Below the pieces are notes generated by a model. It made no database searches and had not been told where the DNA came from. It was given only the letters and a program-made list of their open reading frames with translations. From a virus (lineage: Duplodnaviria > Heunggongvirae > Uroviricota > Caudoviricetes), in IMG/VR virus record IMGVR_UViG_2609459801_000018: a stretch of 18,239 bases of DNA; one strand, given 5' to 3'. A program made the translations under genes and the position numbers. Below are positions 7,970 to 16,370 of the stretch, piece after piece. Each line of letters opens with the position of its first letter. Within the stretch, counting starts at the first letter, position 1.

Positions 7970-8486
7970 GCCCTTACGATGTAATTAAACGCAATGTTGC
8001 GTGGGCGGTTTTCGTTTGCAGTTGGAACAATTTTTGAAGCATCAAGGCCAATCACTTTTGGGTAAACAGCGCCGTCTGTCCTTTCTGTCACCATACTTCT
8101 GACTAAGGAGAAATAACTATTGTTTGTTGAGGAATTTAAAGGCACCACTGCCCCCTTAAACGAGCCTACTGATTCCCATATTGAATAATTTTCAGTGTTT
8201 ACAGTCTTGAACTCACCATAGATATTACGTATGGCATCACCTTGAGCGGATAATATTGTTCTCCCCGCATCCGCACTACGTCCATCATCCCAGCCACGAA
8301 TAAATTCACCCCGTAAATCCGGTAATTTATTGGTGGGGTAAGCCTTTGCCAGTCCGGGATACATTTCAGAAGAAAATGCTGCGCCGTTACATTTCAGCCA
8401 GCCCGTTGGTGGTGTTGCTGAGGGCCACGGAACGGGCACACCAACAGGCAGCGCAGAACCTTCCCCCAAACCAACGTTTTCGTTTT
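7963..8486 (-). CDS. alternative tail-fibre C-terminal cassette E (silent, inverted)
   Basis: Open frame with conserved head LGEGSALPVGVPVPWPSATPPTGWLKCNGAAFS and tail ENRPRNIAFNYIVRAA. The ORF-track extension to 8526 starts at TTG and runs through site 5, so it is unlikely to be a real start. Confidence 0.65.
8461..8486 (-). other. invertase crossover site 5 (inverted), 55 bp upstream of the invertase start
   Basis: Plus strand reads TTCCCCCAAACC-AA-CGTTTTCGTTTT; same conserved half-site as the others, with a distinct outer arm. Confidence 0.75.
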
Positions 8487-8540
8487 TATCCCTACCTATA
8501 CCAACTATGTATTTTTCACGAAACAAAGAGGATGTTTTTT

Positions 8541-9140
8541 ATGCAAATTGGCTATGTTCGTGTGTCAACAAATGACCAGAACACGGATTTACAACGCAAT
8601 GCACTGAACTGCGCAGGATGTGAACTGATTTTTGAAGATAAAATCAGCGGAACGAAATCAGCCAGACCGGGATTGAAAAAACTGCTCAGAACGCTATCAG
8701 AAGGAGATACGCTGGTTGTCTGGAAGCTGGACAGACTGGGCAGAAGTATGAAACACCTGATCACGCTTATTGAGGAATTGCGGGAAAAAGGTGTTAATTT
8801 CCGTAGTCTGACGGACAGCATTGACACATCAACACCCATGGGGCGTTTCTTTTTTCACGTCATGGGGGCTTTAGCCGAAATGGAACGTGAATTAATTGTA
8901 GAGCGTACACTGGCCGGGCTGGCAGCAGCACGCGCACAAGGACGCATTGGCGGACGTCGCCCGAAGTTGACAAAAGAACAACACGAGCAAATAGCGAGGC
9001 TGATTAAAAACGGTCATGACAGGAAACAACTGGCGATCATTTACGACATCGGCATATCGACGATTTATCGTTATCACCCTGTAGGCGATATACAGGCTGA
9101 AGAAACAACCAGGCAGACTCAGGAAAATGAAAACCGCTAA
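8541..9140 (+). CDS. site-specific DNA invertase, small serine recombinase of the Hin/Gin/Pin/Cin/Min family
   Basis: N-terminus MQIGYVRVSTNDQNTDLQRNAL with the catalytic Ser in VSTNDQ; motifs VVWKLDRLGRS, GRFFFHVMGALAEMERELI..ERT and a C-terminal HTH region, near-identical in pattern to Pin/Gin. AGAGGA RBS 8 nt upstream of the ATG at 8541; the ORF-track start at 8346 is rejected. Confidence 0.93.
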   Translation: MQIGYVRVSTNDQNTDLQRNALNCAGCELIFEDKISGTKSARPGLKKLLRTLSEGDTLVVWKLDRLGRSMKHLITLIEELREKGVNFRSLTDSIDTSTPMGRFFFHVMGALAEMERELIVERTLAGLAAARAQGRIGGRRPKLTKEQHEQIARLIKNGHDRKQLAIIYDIGISTIYRYHPVGDIQAEETTRQTQENENR

Positions 9141-9159
9141 TCTGACCATTAGCGGTTTT
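9130..9159. terminator. bidirectional intrinsic terminator between the convergent invertase and U genes
   Basis: Perfect 12-bp inverted repeat AAAACCGCTAAT / ATTAGCGGTTTT with a 6-nt loop, flanked by T-runs on both strands. Confidence 0.6.
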
Positions 9160-9166
9160 GCGTTAA

Positions 9167-9661
9167 TCAAAACAGCCCTTTAACGGAGCTGGCCGCGCTG
9201 TTAAGGGATGATGTGACCTTATCTTTGAAGCCGGACAGCATATCACTGAACGATGAGGATTGCAGGCGCTCCCGCAAATCCTCATCACAGCGTTCAAGAG
9301 TCAGTGAAAACTCTATCTTTTTCGCCTTACCGTAGCGATCAAACTCGGAGCGGGTCGTATTCGTTCCGGTCAGGACATACATGCCGTAAATCTGCCCGAC
9401 ACCATCAATCAGAGGCCAGGGGCGTCCTGTATATGCCTGCGTGGTCAGCAACGAAAGCGACACTTCGCCACCTGTAATTTCAGGATAAAGCACACCAGAA
9501 AGAACGATGCGATCATCGCCTGCCCCGATATACTGCCAGCTTGCTGAACGGTTAACGCGTTCATTTTTCACATGCCGCCAGCTTTTGTTTTGCTGTAACT
9601 GCTGATGCGGCAACGTACGCAGCTCAAAAACAAACATGCCGTAGATCATCATCATGGCCAT
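9167..9661 (-). CDS. tail protein U
   Basis: 164 aa; N-terminus MAMMMIYGMFVFEL and the GAGDD / PLIDG motifs resemble P2 gpU; immediately downstream of T. Confidence 0.8.
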   Translation of the reverse strand: MAMMMIYGMFVFELRTLPHQQLQQNKSWRHVKNERVNRSASWQYIGAGDDRIVLSGVLYPEITGGEVSLSLLTTQAYTGRPWPLIDGVGQIYGMYVLTGTNTTRSEFDRYGKAKKIEFSLTLERCDEDLRERLQSSSFSDMLSGFKDKVTSSLNSAASSVKGLF

Positions 9662-9667
9662 GACTCC

Positions 9668-12511
9668 TCAATCTTTATCGTAAAAACTGCCACGCCCGGC
9701 ACGGGCGCGCCGTTCCATTTCTGCCCTGACCATTTCACCGACCAGTTTCGCCAGTTCGCGGGGATTCTGCGTAACAACGTTATGCAGATGAACATGAATT
9801 TCACCACCAAATCCGGAGGCAACAGGCTCCCGGTTACGGGAAGTTACAGGAACTGATGCCACTGGAGATCGTATGGCCTCCGCCACCGGGCGGGAGCTGG
9901 CCGCAACAACAGGGACCAGCGCCGGAGGCAGCGGAGCCGGGACCACGGGGGTGATATTCATTGCGGGGGCAGGCTTACTGACCTGTGCAATCTTCCGCTC
10001 CTGCCACTCCCCACGAACAGCAAGTGCGCGGGGCAGGTTCTTAAAGACAATATCGCCGGGGCCAATACGTTTTTTTGTCTCATCAACCAGCTTACCTGTG
10101 TTATCAGCAATTTTGCTGAGTCTGCGTAGCGTGCCGGTATTGCTGTCTGTGAGCGGTTTGTTGTCTTTGGGTTTATCGCCTCCGGTGCCATTGCCATTTT
10201 CCGCAGACTTCGGCGGATTGATTTTCGCAATGTCTCCCTGAAACAGAGCAACCTTGTCCTGAAGAATGGCCGCACGCTGTGCGTCTTCGATTTTCTTTCT
10301 CGCCCTTTCCGCTTCATCCGGAAGCACACCGAGTTTTTCAAGTATCCACGCCAGCGTATCCAGCAACATTTTTGCAGGCGTCAGAACAAGCTGTAGCGCG
10401 CCACCAAGAGCGTTACCGAATATCTCGCCAGCACTGGTACATTTATCCAGCGTTTCCTTGCTGGACTCCATCGGTGACAGCAGCGATTTAAACCAGTTAA
10501 ACACCTGGCTGATCCCGCTTCCGATTGCGTCAAAAACAGGACCAAACCGTTCAAAGGTTTCACGCAACGGGTTCAGCCTTTCCATAATCCCGCTGAACAC
10601 CCCGGCAAAAAATGCCCTGATGGGATCCCAGTATTTCCAGATAAGAACGGCAGCTCCGGCAAGCGCAGCCACGATAAGACCAACCGGACTGAACAGCGCC
10701 CCGATAGCGCCTCCCAGCAAAGAAACGGAACCCGTCACCATTCCCCACAGCGCAGGCAACACCCTGACGACATTCATTGACCGGGTAAGAATGTCAAAAC
10801 CAAGACGCAGGGTGGCCAGCTTCCCGTAAAGCACCCCAATAACCAGTGACAACGAGCCAATCGTTGCAGTCATTGCCAGCAACGCACCGCCTGCTATCAG
10901 TAGCTGGCGCGTCAGTACCGGATGGGCCTGCGCCAGCGAGGTGATTTTTTCAAGCACCCGCGTGAGCCACTGCGTGACAGAACGCAGCGGACCGTCAACC
11001 AGATCACTGATGCGAATACGAAGACCTTCCCATGCGCTGTCGAGATTTTTCAGGTCCCCATCAAGATTATCGGCCATTACTTTTGCAACGCGATCGGCCT
11101 CTCCCCTTGCCCCCTGCAATTCTCTGGTCAGTTTTTGCAGCTCTCCTGAACCAGCCGCCGCAACAAGCGTCTGCAAACCAACGAACGCCTCTTCTCCGGC
11201 GATGTCCTTGAAGAAGGAGACCTGGTCCACCTGTCCGTATTTTTGTGTCGCCTTATAGAGATCAAGCAGCACATCCTCCATCGGGCGCATTTTGCCTCTG
11301 GCGTCAGCAACTGACACCCCCAGCTCTTTCAGTGCATCAGCCGCAGCTTTTGGCGGTGATGCAAGGCGGGACAGACTTGCGCGCATGGCCGTGCCAGCAT
11401 CGCTTCCGCGAAGACCATTATTGGCAAGCATCCCGGCCATAGCCGCCGCTTCTTCAAGACTGATACCAAGTTTTGCGGCAACCGGACCGGTATACTTCAT
11501 GGTTTCGCCCAGCGCGCGTAAATCAGTATTGGTCCGGGTGAATGCCGCTGTCAGCGTATCGCCAACCCGGTCCATTTGATCGGCTGTCAGGTTGAACTGT
11601 GTGAGGATATTGGAGCCTATATCCGCCGTCTCGCCGAGTTCGACGCCACCTGCCAGCGCCATATTAAGAACACCGGGCAATGCGGCCTGAATGGCCTGCG
11701 GAGTAAAACCAGCCATTGCCAGAAAGCTCTGCCCACTGGCGGCATCACTCGCAGTAAACTGTGTTTCAGAGCCAAGTTTTAACGCCTGCTCACGCAGCGC
11801 CTTAAACTGCGGGCTGTTTTTGTCGATTCGCGTCAGTGCCTGAACGCGGGACATCTCTTTGCCGAACCCGATCGCAGGCTGCAAAAAACGCCCGGCAGCA
11901 TAGCCGCCCGCCGCTGCCGCACCAATTGCCAGCGCACCACCTGTTTTCAGTTTTCCCGCGGTTTCCTGCGCGCGCGAATACCGCTCACGCGCCCGCGTTA
12001 CACGCGCAAGCGCCTGCCGTTCGCGTTCAAGCTGGTTGTTGTACTGTTCGGTGCGTCTGATGGCCTGCTGGATGGTGTTATCGCTGCCTGTCAGGGAAAT
12101 GCCGTGGCGTTTCAGCTCTCCGCCAAGCTCCCGCATTTTCTGAATTTCCCGTGTGCGCGATTCATTCAGGCGTTCAAGCCGGGTGCTTAACTGCTGCATC
12201 AGCTTTTGTTGTTTTTCGCTGAGCACTGTACCCGTGCGTTGTAACTGATTAAGGGCGTTAAGCTGGCGTCGTGCTTTCACGATACCCGCATCCGCTTTAC
12301 TGACAGCGTCGCGGGCGCGCTCAAATGATCGCGCCTGACGCTCGAGATTTTTGATCGCCCCCTGCGTTCGCTGGATGGAGTCACCAAACTGCCCCATCAG
12401 GCGGCGGGCGTTTTCGGCAGGCCGGGTCAGCCTGTCAACGGCGCTGAAAGCGACCCGGATATCAAGAGTCTTCATTGTCTGCATTCCCGCTGCGAAGTGC
12501 CGCCCGCTCAC
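9668..12511 (-). CDS. tail tape measure protein T
   Basis: 947 aa, coiled-coil N-terminal region, Ala/Gly-rich hydrophobic central segments, typical position between E' and U. The start is uncertain: GTG at 12511, or ATG at about 12484 or 12475. Confidence 0.88.
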   Translation of the reverse strand: MSGRHFAAGMQTMKTLDIRVAFSAVDRLTRPAENARRLMGQFGDSIQRTQGAIKNLERQARSFERARDAVSKADAGIVKARRQLNALNQLQRTGTVLSEKQQKLMQQLSTRLERLNESRTREIQKMRELGGELKRHGISLTGSDNTIQQAIRRTEQYNNQLERERQALARVTRARERYSRAQETAGKLKTGGALAIGAAAAGGYAAGRFLQPAIGFGKEMSRVQALTRIDKNSPQFKALREQALKLGSETQFTASDAASGQSFLAMAGFTPQAIQAALPGVLNMALAGGVELGETADIGSNILTQFNLTADQMDRVGDTLTAAFTRTNTDLRALGETMKYTGPVAAKLGISLEEAAAMAGMLANNGLRGSDAGTAMRASLSRLASPPKAAADALKELGVSVADARGKMRPMEDVLLDLYKATQKYGQVDQVSFFKDIAGEEAFVGLQTLVAAAGSGELQKLTRELQGARGEADRVAKVMADNLDGDLKNLDSAWEGLRIRISDLVDGPLRSVTQWLTRVLEKITSLAQAHPVLTRQLLIAGGALLAMTATIGSLSLVIGVLYGKLATLRLGFDILTRSMNVVRVLPALWGMVTGSVSLLGGAIGALFSPVGLIVAALAGAAVLIWKYWDPIRAFFAGVFSGIMERLNPLRETFERFGPVFDAIGSGISQVFNWFKSLLSPMESSKETLDKCTSAGEIFGNALGGALQLVLTPAKMLLDTLAWILEKLGVLPDEAERARKKIEDAQRAAILQDKVALFQGDIAKINPPKSAENGNGTGGDKPKDNKPLTDSNTGTLRRLSKIADNTGKLVDETKKRIGPGDIVFKNLPRALAVRGEWQERKIAQVSKPAPAMNITPVVPAPLPPALVPVVAASSRPVAEAIRSPVASVPVTSRNREPVASGFGGEIHVHLHNVVTQNPRELAKLVGEMVRAEMERRARAGRGSFYDKD

Positions 12512-12991
12512 GCCAGCTAACCACTTCGCCGGGCGTCATCATGAAGATTTCGGCGGGCGACCAGTTAAAAATGGCGGCAATATCCGCCACAAAGTCTTCT
12601 ATGTGCTCAAAGCACACAACCGTGATCAGGCTTCCGTCGCCTGTTCGCTCTTCCCGCCAGAGTCCGCACCGCTCAAAAAATTTACGGCAACCACACATAA
12701 CTGAATAAAATCACGGGATGCCATTTTTTTGATCGTCACTTCATCCAGTCGTGGCGAGGTCACGCGTGACAGCAGCGTAAACATGGATTCCGCTTTCAGA
12801 TTCAGCACATCAGACAGCGACAAATCTCGCAGAGATCCAGCCTGCTCAATAGCCCCGGTGATCTCCACATACGTGATTTTTTCGCCGCCTCGCTCAATTG
12901 GTTGGGTAAGTTTTACGCCACGCTCACTGGTTTCTTTCACAGTGTCAGTAACTACCGTGTTTTCGGTATCGATGTTTTTCGTCTCTTTCAT
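12462..12991 (-). CDS. tail assembly chaperone E' (E+E' fusion made by a programmed -1 frameshift near 12674-12680)
   Basis: ORF 12462-12698 is in the -1 frame relative to E and is open from just downstream of the TTTTTTG site. Shifting there gives ...VAVNFFERCGLW..., matching the second ORF. Its end overlaps the start of T. Confidence 0.7.
12626..12991 (-). CDS. tail assembly chaperone E
   Basis: 121 aa, acidic, between the tube gene and T; contains the slippery heptamer, as in the P2 E/E' arrangement. Confidence 0.8.
   Translation of the reverse strand: MKETKNIDTENTVVTDTVKETSERGVKLTQPIERGGEKITYVEITGAIEQAGSLRDLSLSDVLNLKAESMFTLLSRVTSPRLDEVTIKKMASRDFIQLCVVAVNFLSGADSGGKSEQATEA
12674..12680 (-). 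promoter_or_regulatory. programmed -1 ribosomal frameshift slippery site TTTTTTG (E to E')
   Basis: The coding (minus) strand reads AAT TTT TTG AGC in the E frame; the downstream -1 frame is open for about 70 codons. Confidence 0.65.
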
Positions 12992-13045
12992 CAGGAAACT
13001 CCTTTCAGTCAGAGGCGACGCACTGCGCCGCCTGCATATTACTTA

Positions 13046-13558
13046 TCAGCCAAGCCCGAGCGCGGAACGGATGCGATCGGGCACAATGTCCTTGCCGTCC
13101 TTCCGGTAGATGTGGTTCAACAGGTCGATTTCCCACAGCGGGCGATCGTTAACGCTCAGCTTGTAGTAGGTGTTTTTGACAGCGTAAGTGTGTGATGTGG
13201 CTTCGCCCTGTTTGGCCTCCCCCATATCAATTTCCGTCACACGCCCGCGCATCTCGATTTCATACAGATCGCTTTCTGCATCGGTGTAGTATTCACCCGC
13301 AAAACGCAGCAGCGTGCCGTCAATCGTGCCGCCATATTTAAGGAACAGCGCACGAACAGCTCCCCCCATGACAAAGCTCGCATCAAGCGCGGAGTCGTCC
13401 AGACCGAGATCAATACTTACCGCCCCCATCATGCCACCACCCCGGTAGCTGTCGGTTTTGCGCGTCAGCTTAGGCAGAGTGACGGACGTCACCTTACCCA
13501 CTTCGTTTTCACCATCCACAAACAGCGTAAAAAAGCGAAGATGTTTTGGTACAGCCAT
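13046..13558 (-). CDS. major tail tube protein FII
   Basis: 170 aa; start overlaps the FI stop; length and position match P2 FII. Confidence 0.88.
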   Translation of the reverse strand: MAVPKHLRFFTLFVDGENEVGKVTSVTLPKLTRKTDSYRGGGMMGAVSIDLGLDDSALDASFVMGGAVRALFLKYGGTIDGTLLRFAGEYYTDAESDLYEIEMRGRVTEIDMGEAKQGEATSHTYAVKNTYYKLSVNDRPLWEIDLLNHIYRKDGKDIVPDRIRSALGLG

Positions 13559-14742
13559 CAGGCACCTCCCAGCACCGCAAATGCGGGACCAAAGAATTCA
13601 TCAGTAAACGTCTGGTAAAGCTCCATGTCTTCCAGTGGCGGAACGGGCGTATATTTGTAGCGAATACGCACACGTCCCTGACGTAAATCCGTGGTGCCGT
13701 TATCCACCACGTCATACCAGCACTCCGCGCCAATCAGTTTCCCGGCAGTAACCAGCGAATCCAGTTTTGCCCTGATGGCACTGATAACATCCTTCACGTT
13801 CGCAGGCGTCAGTGGACTGTCGATGGTTTCAAACTGCGCTTCCGCAATTGAATCAGCCAGCACCTGTGCGGTTCGGGTATACACCTCAAAGATGTAGGCG
13901 TTCGTTTCCGGTGTGCGGTTGCCCCAGAAGCGGAACCCGTTACGACGAATAATGGTCGTGATTTCTTTGTTGTTGAGGCTGTTGGCATCACTGTCTTCGG
14001 CCTGTAACGACCAGAACACATGCCTCGACATCCCCAGCACATTTTTAACCGGAACGTTGGACAGCGATTTGTGCCAGCCCTGCTCATGGTCAATGTACGC
14101 ACGAAGGCCGCACGCATAAGCAGGCGCGGGGAACGTTTCGTTTTTGCCACTTTTCGGGTTGTAGGCGATGAAGTCAGGCCATAAGAGCATCACCTCACGT
14201 TCGTTGAATTTCTGGCGGTAGGTAATCGCCTCAGCCATCGTGTTACAACCATGACATGCGGCATACACAAACGCGCGCAGTTTACCCGCAATCACGCACA
14301 GGGATTTTGTCACCGCCTCCGTGTCCAGCTCCGGCGCGGCCAGAATACGCGGACGGTATCCGATGCTTTCATCCTGCTCTGCAACAAGCAGCGCATACAT
14401 CCCCGTATAGCTGCCGTCAGATTCAGAACCACCGATAACCAGTTGATCCTGCGTCTTTCCGTTTTCTTCTTTGTGTTCAGCCACGCGAACGACGATCACC
14501 TTTGTGCTCACCTGGTCTGCGATGGCCTTAAGCGCACGATAAAGCGTCCCCGTTGTCCCGCATTTTCCCAGCACGTCATTGACGCGGGTCAGCAGTGTGG
14601 GCTTGTTCAGCGGGAACAGCTTCGCGTCCGCATCATCCGCCGTTGCCACGATACCGATAACGCTGGAATCAACATCGTTAATCGCTGTTACCAGGTCGGT
14701 ACTTTCCGTAACACGGGCACCATGAAAACGAGTTTCACTCAT
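13558..14742 (-). CDS. tail sheath protein FI
   Basis: 394 aa; length, composition and position upstream of the tube gene match the P2 FI sheath. Confidence 0.9.
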   Translation of the reverse strand: MSETRFHGARVTESTDLVTAINDVDSSVIGIVATADDADAKLFPLNKPTLLTRVNDVLGKCGTTGTLYRALKAIADQVSTKVIVVRVAEHKEENGKTQDQLVIGGSESDGSYTGMYALLVAEQDESIGYRPRILAAPELDTEAVTKSLCVIAGKLRAFVYAACHGCNTMAEAITYRQKFNEREVMLLWPDFIAYNPKSGKNETFPAPAYACGLRAYIDHEQGWHKSLSNVPVKNVLGMSRHVFWSLQAEDSDANSLNNKEITTIIRRNGFRFWGNRTPETNAYIFEVYTRTAQVLADSIAEAQFETIDSPLTPANVKDVISAIRAKLDSLVTAGKLIGAECWYDVVDNGTTDLRQGRVRIRYKYTPVPPLEDMELYQTFTDEFFGPAFAVLGGA

Positions 14743-14899
14743 AGCTTCAGCCCCTTGTATCCGTTAAATGATTCGGCAACAATCATCACCCACCACGCGC
14801 GTAATCTCACCCCTGCGCCGTTCTCCCGCCACGGCGACAACAAAAAGCAGTAACCCCCTCCGCACGCACATGCGACCATGCCGCACAGGGAGGGAGCAG

Positions 14900-16009
14900 A
14901 TGACCGACACCACCATGCAATTGCTCAGTCAGGGCACAGACCCCGTGAAAATGCCGGATTTTGATATTCTCGCGGAGGGTAAAACGCTGTCAGGCGTGGC
15001 AGAGTGCCTGATGAGCCTGTCACTGACCGACAACCGGGGATTTGAGGCGGACCAGCTCACCATCACGCTGGATGATGCGGATGGTCAGTTGCAGCTACCG
15101 CCACGGGGCGCGCGCCTGACGGTTCTCATTGGCTGGAAAGGAGAACCGCTGACAGAAAAAGGCACTTACATTGTTGATGAAATCGCTCACGAAGGACCGC
15201 CGGACAGGCTGACTGTTTCAGCCAGAAGCGCAGATTTTCGGGATGAATTTAACGTTAAACGTGAGGTGTCCTGGCATGATGTGACCGTTGAGCGTGTGGT
15301 ATCCGCCATCGCTCATCGGTATGGTCTGAAACCGCAAATCAGCGAAATGCTGATGGATATCGAAATCGACCACGCCGACCAGACCGAAGAAAGCGACATG
15401 TCCTTCCTTACGCGCATGGCGGAAATGCTGGGCGCAATCACCACGGTAAAAAGCGGTAATCTGTTATTCATCATGCCCGGCGGTGGCGTGAACGCACAGG
15501 GCCAGCCGTTGCCATCGTTTGCCATCACACGCAGCAGCGGCGATCGCCATCAGTTCCGCATTGCTGACCGCGAAGCGTATACGGGGGTACGCGCTTACTG
15601 GCTTGATCTTAATTACGGGAAAAAGAAAAAAGTCAGCGTGAAACGCCGTAAACCGCCAAAACCCAAAAAGGAGAAAAGCAGCAGCCGTGAAGGTGATTAT
15701 ATGGAAGGCGCGGAAGGCAATGTGTTTGTGTTACGCAAGACTTATCAGAACGAGCAGACAGCAAGACGCGCAGCGGCGGCAAAGTGGCAGCAACTACAAC
15801 GCGGAGCCGCATCATTCTCCATCACGCTGGCGCGTGGACGTGCAGAACTCTACCCCGAAATGCATGGCACGGTAACAGGATTTAAAAGCGAGATTGATAA
15901 TCAGGACTGGATCATTGCAAAAGCCGAGCACACCATTGATAACAGCGGTTTTACCACGCAGCTTGAGCTTGAGGCAAAAATCCCGGAATGGATAGCGGAA
16001 ACAGAGTGA
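14900..16009 (+). CDS. tail protein D (P2 gpD-like)
   Basis: Motifs TDNRGFEADQL.ITLDD, SARSADFR, SWHD, and the lysine-rich KKKVSVKRRKPPKPKKEK segment as in P2 gpD. Start chosen at the ATG at 14900, preceded by GGGAGGGAG, rather than the ORF-track start at 14768. Confidence 0.85.
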   Translation: MTDTTMQLLSQGTDPVKMPDFDILAEGKTLSGVAECLMSLSLTDNRGFEADQLTITLDDADGQLQLPPRGARLTVLIGWKGEPLTEKGTYIVDEIAHEGPPDRLTVSARSADFRDEFNVKREVSWHDVTVERVVSAIAHRYGLKPQISEMLMDIEIDHADQTEESDMSFLTRMAEMLGAITTVKSGNLLFIMPGGGVNAQGQPLPSFAITRSSGDRHQFRIADREAYTGVRAYWLDLNYGKKKKVSVKRRKPPKPKKEKSSSREGDYMEGAEGNVFVLRKTYQNEQTARRAAAAKWQQLQRGAASFSITLARGRAELYPEMHGTVTGFKSEIDNQDWIIAKAEHTIDNSGFTTQLELEAKIPEWIAETE

Positions 16010-16049
16010 GCAACTTAGAATAGGCAGCACCACGTTAAGGGAGGTCGCT

Positions 16050-16310
16050 ATGTTCCGTTGTCCGCTTTGTGGCGCATCTGCCCGTATCCGCACCAGTCGT
16101 TCGGAAAATGATTCAAACACCGTACGGAAAAAATATTACCAGTGTAACAACCTGGAATGCGGCATAAGTTTCTCAACACTGGAAGCTTTCCATAAATTCA
16201 CATCGAAACACGCCCCCGGCGTTCACTCTTCAGAAGGTATCCCGTGGCATGAGTTGCCAGCTTCACACAGGGGAAACAATCAGATGAGTTTGCCTTTATC
16301 TCAGAATTAA
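16050..16310 (+). CDS. ogr: Ogr/Delta-family zinc-finger late transcription activator
   Basis: N-terminus MFRCPLCGASARIRTSR....YYQCNNLECGISF reproduces the Ogr C-x2-C...C-x4-C zinc-finger pattern; AAGGGAGG RBS; located after D as in P2. Confidence 0.8.
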   Translation: MFRCPLCGASARIRTSRSENDSNTVRKKYYQCNNLECGISFSTLEAFHKFTSKHAPGVHSSEGIPWHELPASHRGNNQMSLPLSQN

Positions 16311-16370
16311 CAGGCAGAATTGCCGGAGTAACAAAAACGCGATAGATTACGCGCGGGTGCCTTTCGGCTG

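Larger units (their letters stand above)
5400..8486. other. multi-cassette DNA inversion region (shufflon-like) for tail-fibre C-terminal switching
   Basis: Bounded by the outermost of five 26-bp crossover-site copies; contains five homologous cassettes and one tfa gene, with a serine invertase gene immediately outside. Confidence 0.85.
1..16320. mobile_element. P2-like prophage (or tailocin) tail and late-control region, partial; left end outside window, right end near the ogr stop
   Basis: Contiguous P2-type genes R, S, V, W, J, I, H, tfa, U, T, E/E', FII, FI, D, ogr recognised from the ORF translations; the host gene serS follows. The exact right boundary (attR) is not identified. Confidence 0.8.

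Noticed and set aside
5400-8486. Regularly spaced repeats that could suggest a CRISPR array
   Set aside because: Repeat units are over 200 bp of coding sequence, spacing is irregular (0.45-1.5 kb), copies occur in both orientations, and they translate to homologous protein segments.
7963-8526. Cassette E as a standalone gene starting at 8526
   Set aside because: The start is TTG without an RBS, and the extension reads through crossover site 5; the cassette is more plausibly expressed only after fusion to H.
8346-8540. ORF-track N-terminal extension of the invertase (start at 8346)
   Set aside because: The extension is antisense to cassette E and site 5 and has no RBS; the conserved invertase N-terminus MQIGYVRVSTNDQ begins at the ATG at 8541 with an AGAGGA RBS.
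8541-9140. Possibility that the serine recombinase is a transposon resolvase (Tn3 family) or part of an IS
   Set aside because: No transposase, terminal inverted repeats or res site is nearby; the protein has the Pin/Gin-type N-terminus and sits beside a fibre-cassette array with hix-like sites.
9590-9670. Apparent one-base discrepancy between the printed sequence as I read it and the ORF-track coordinates for the U start and T stop
   Set aside because: Translation given in the ORF track is continuous and matches known proteins; most likely my misreading at a line boundary, not a real frameshift or pseudogene. ORF-track coordinates were used.
9873-11782. Plus-strand ORFs inside the tape measure gene (9873-10241, 10266-10829, 10941-11258, 11292-11579, 11576-11782 and others)
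   Set aside because: They are antisense to a long, well-supported gene, Ala/Ser/Pro/Arg-rich as expected of reverse-strand reading of GC-rich coding DNA, and lack RBS context.
12992-13045. GC-rich dyad between FII and E as a terminator or attenuator
   Set aside because: Stem is short and imperfect and no U-tract follows on the coding strand; insufficient support.
14251-14853. 200-aa plus-strand ORF overlapping the sheath gene
   Set aside because: Antisense to FI, low-complexity, no RBS; treated as a spurious frame.
14743-14899. Canonical Ogr-dependent late promoter dyad (TGT-N12-ACA) in the FI/D divergent interval
   Set aside because: Scanned by eye; no exact TGT-N12-ACA match found, so no promoter feature is reported here.
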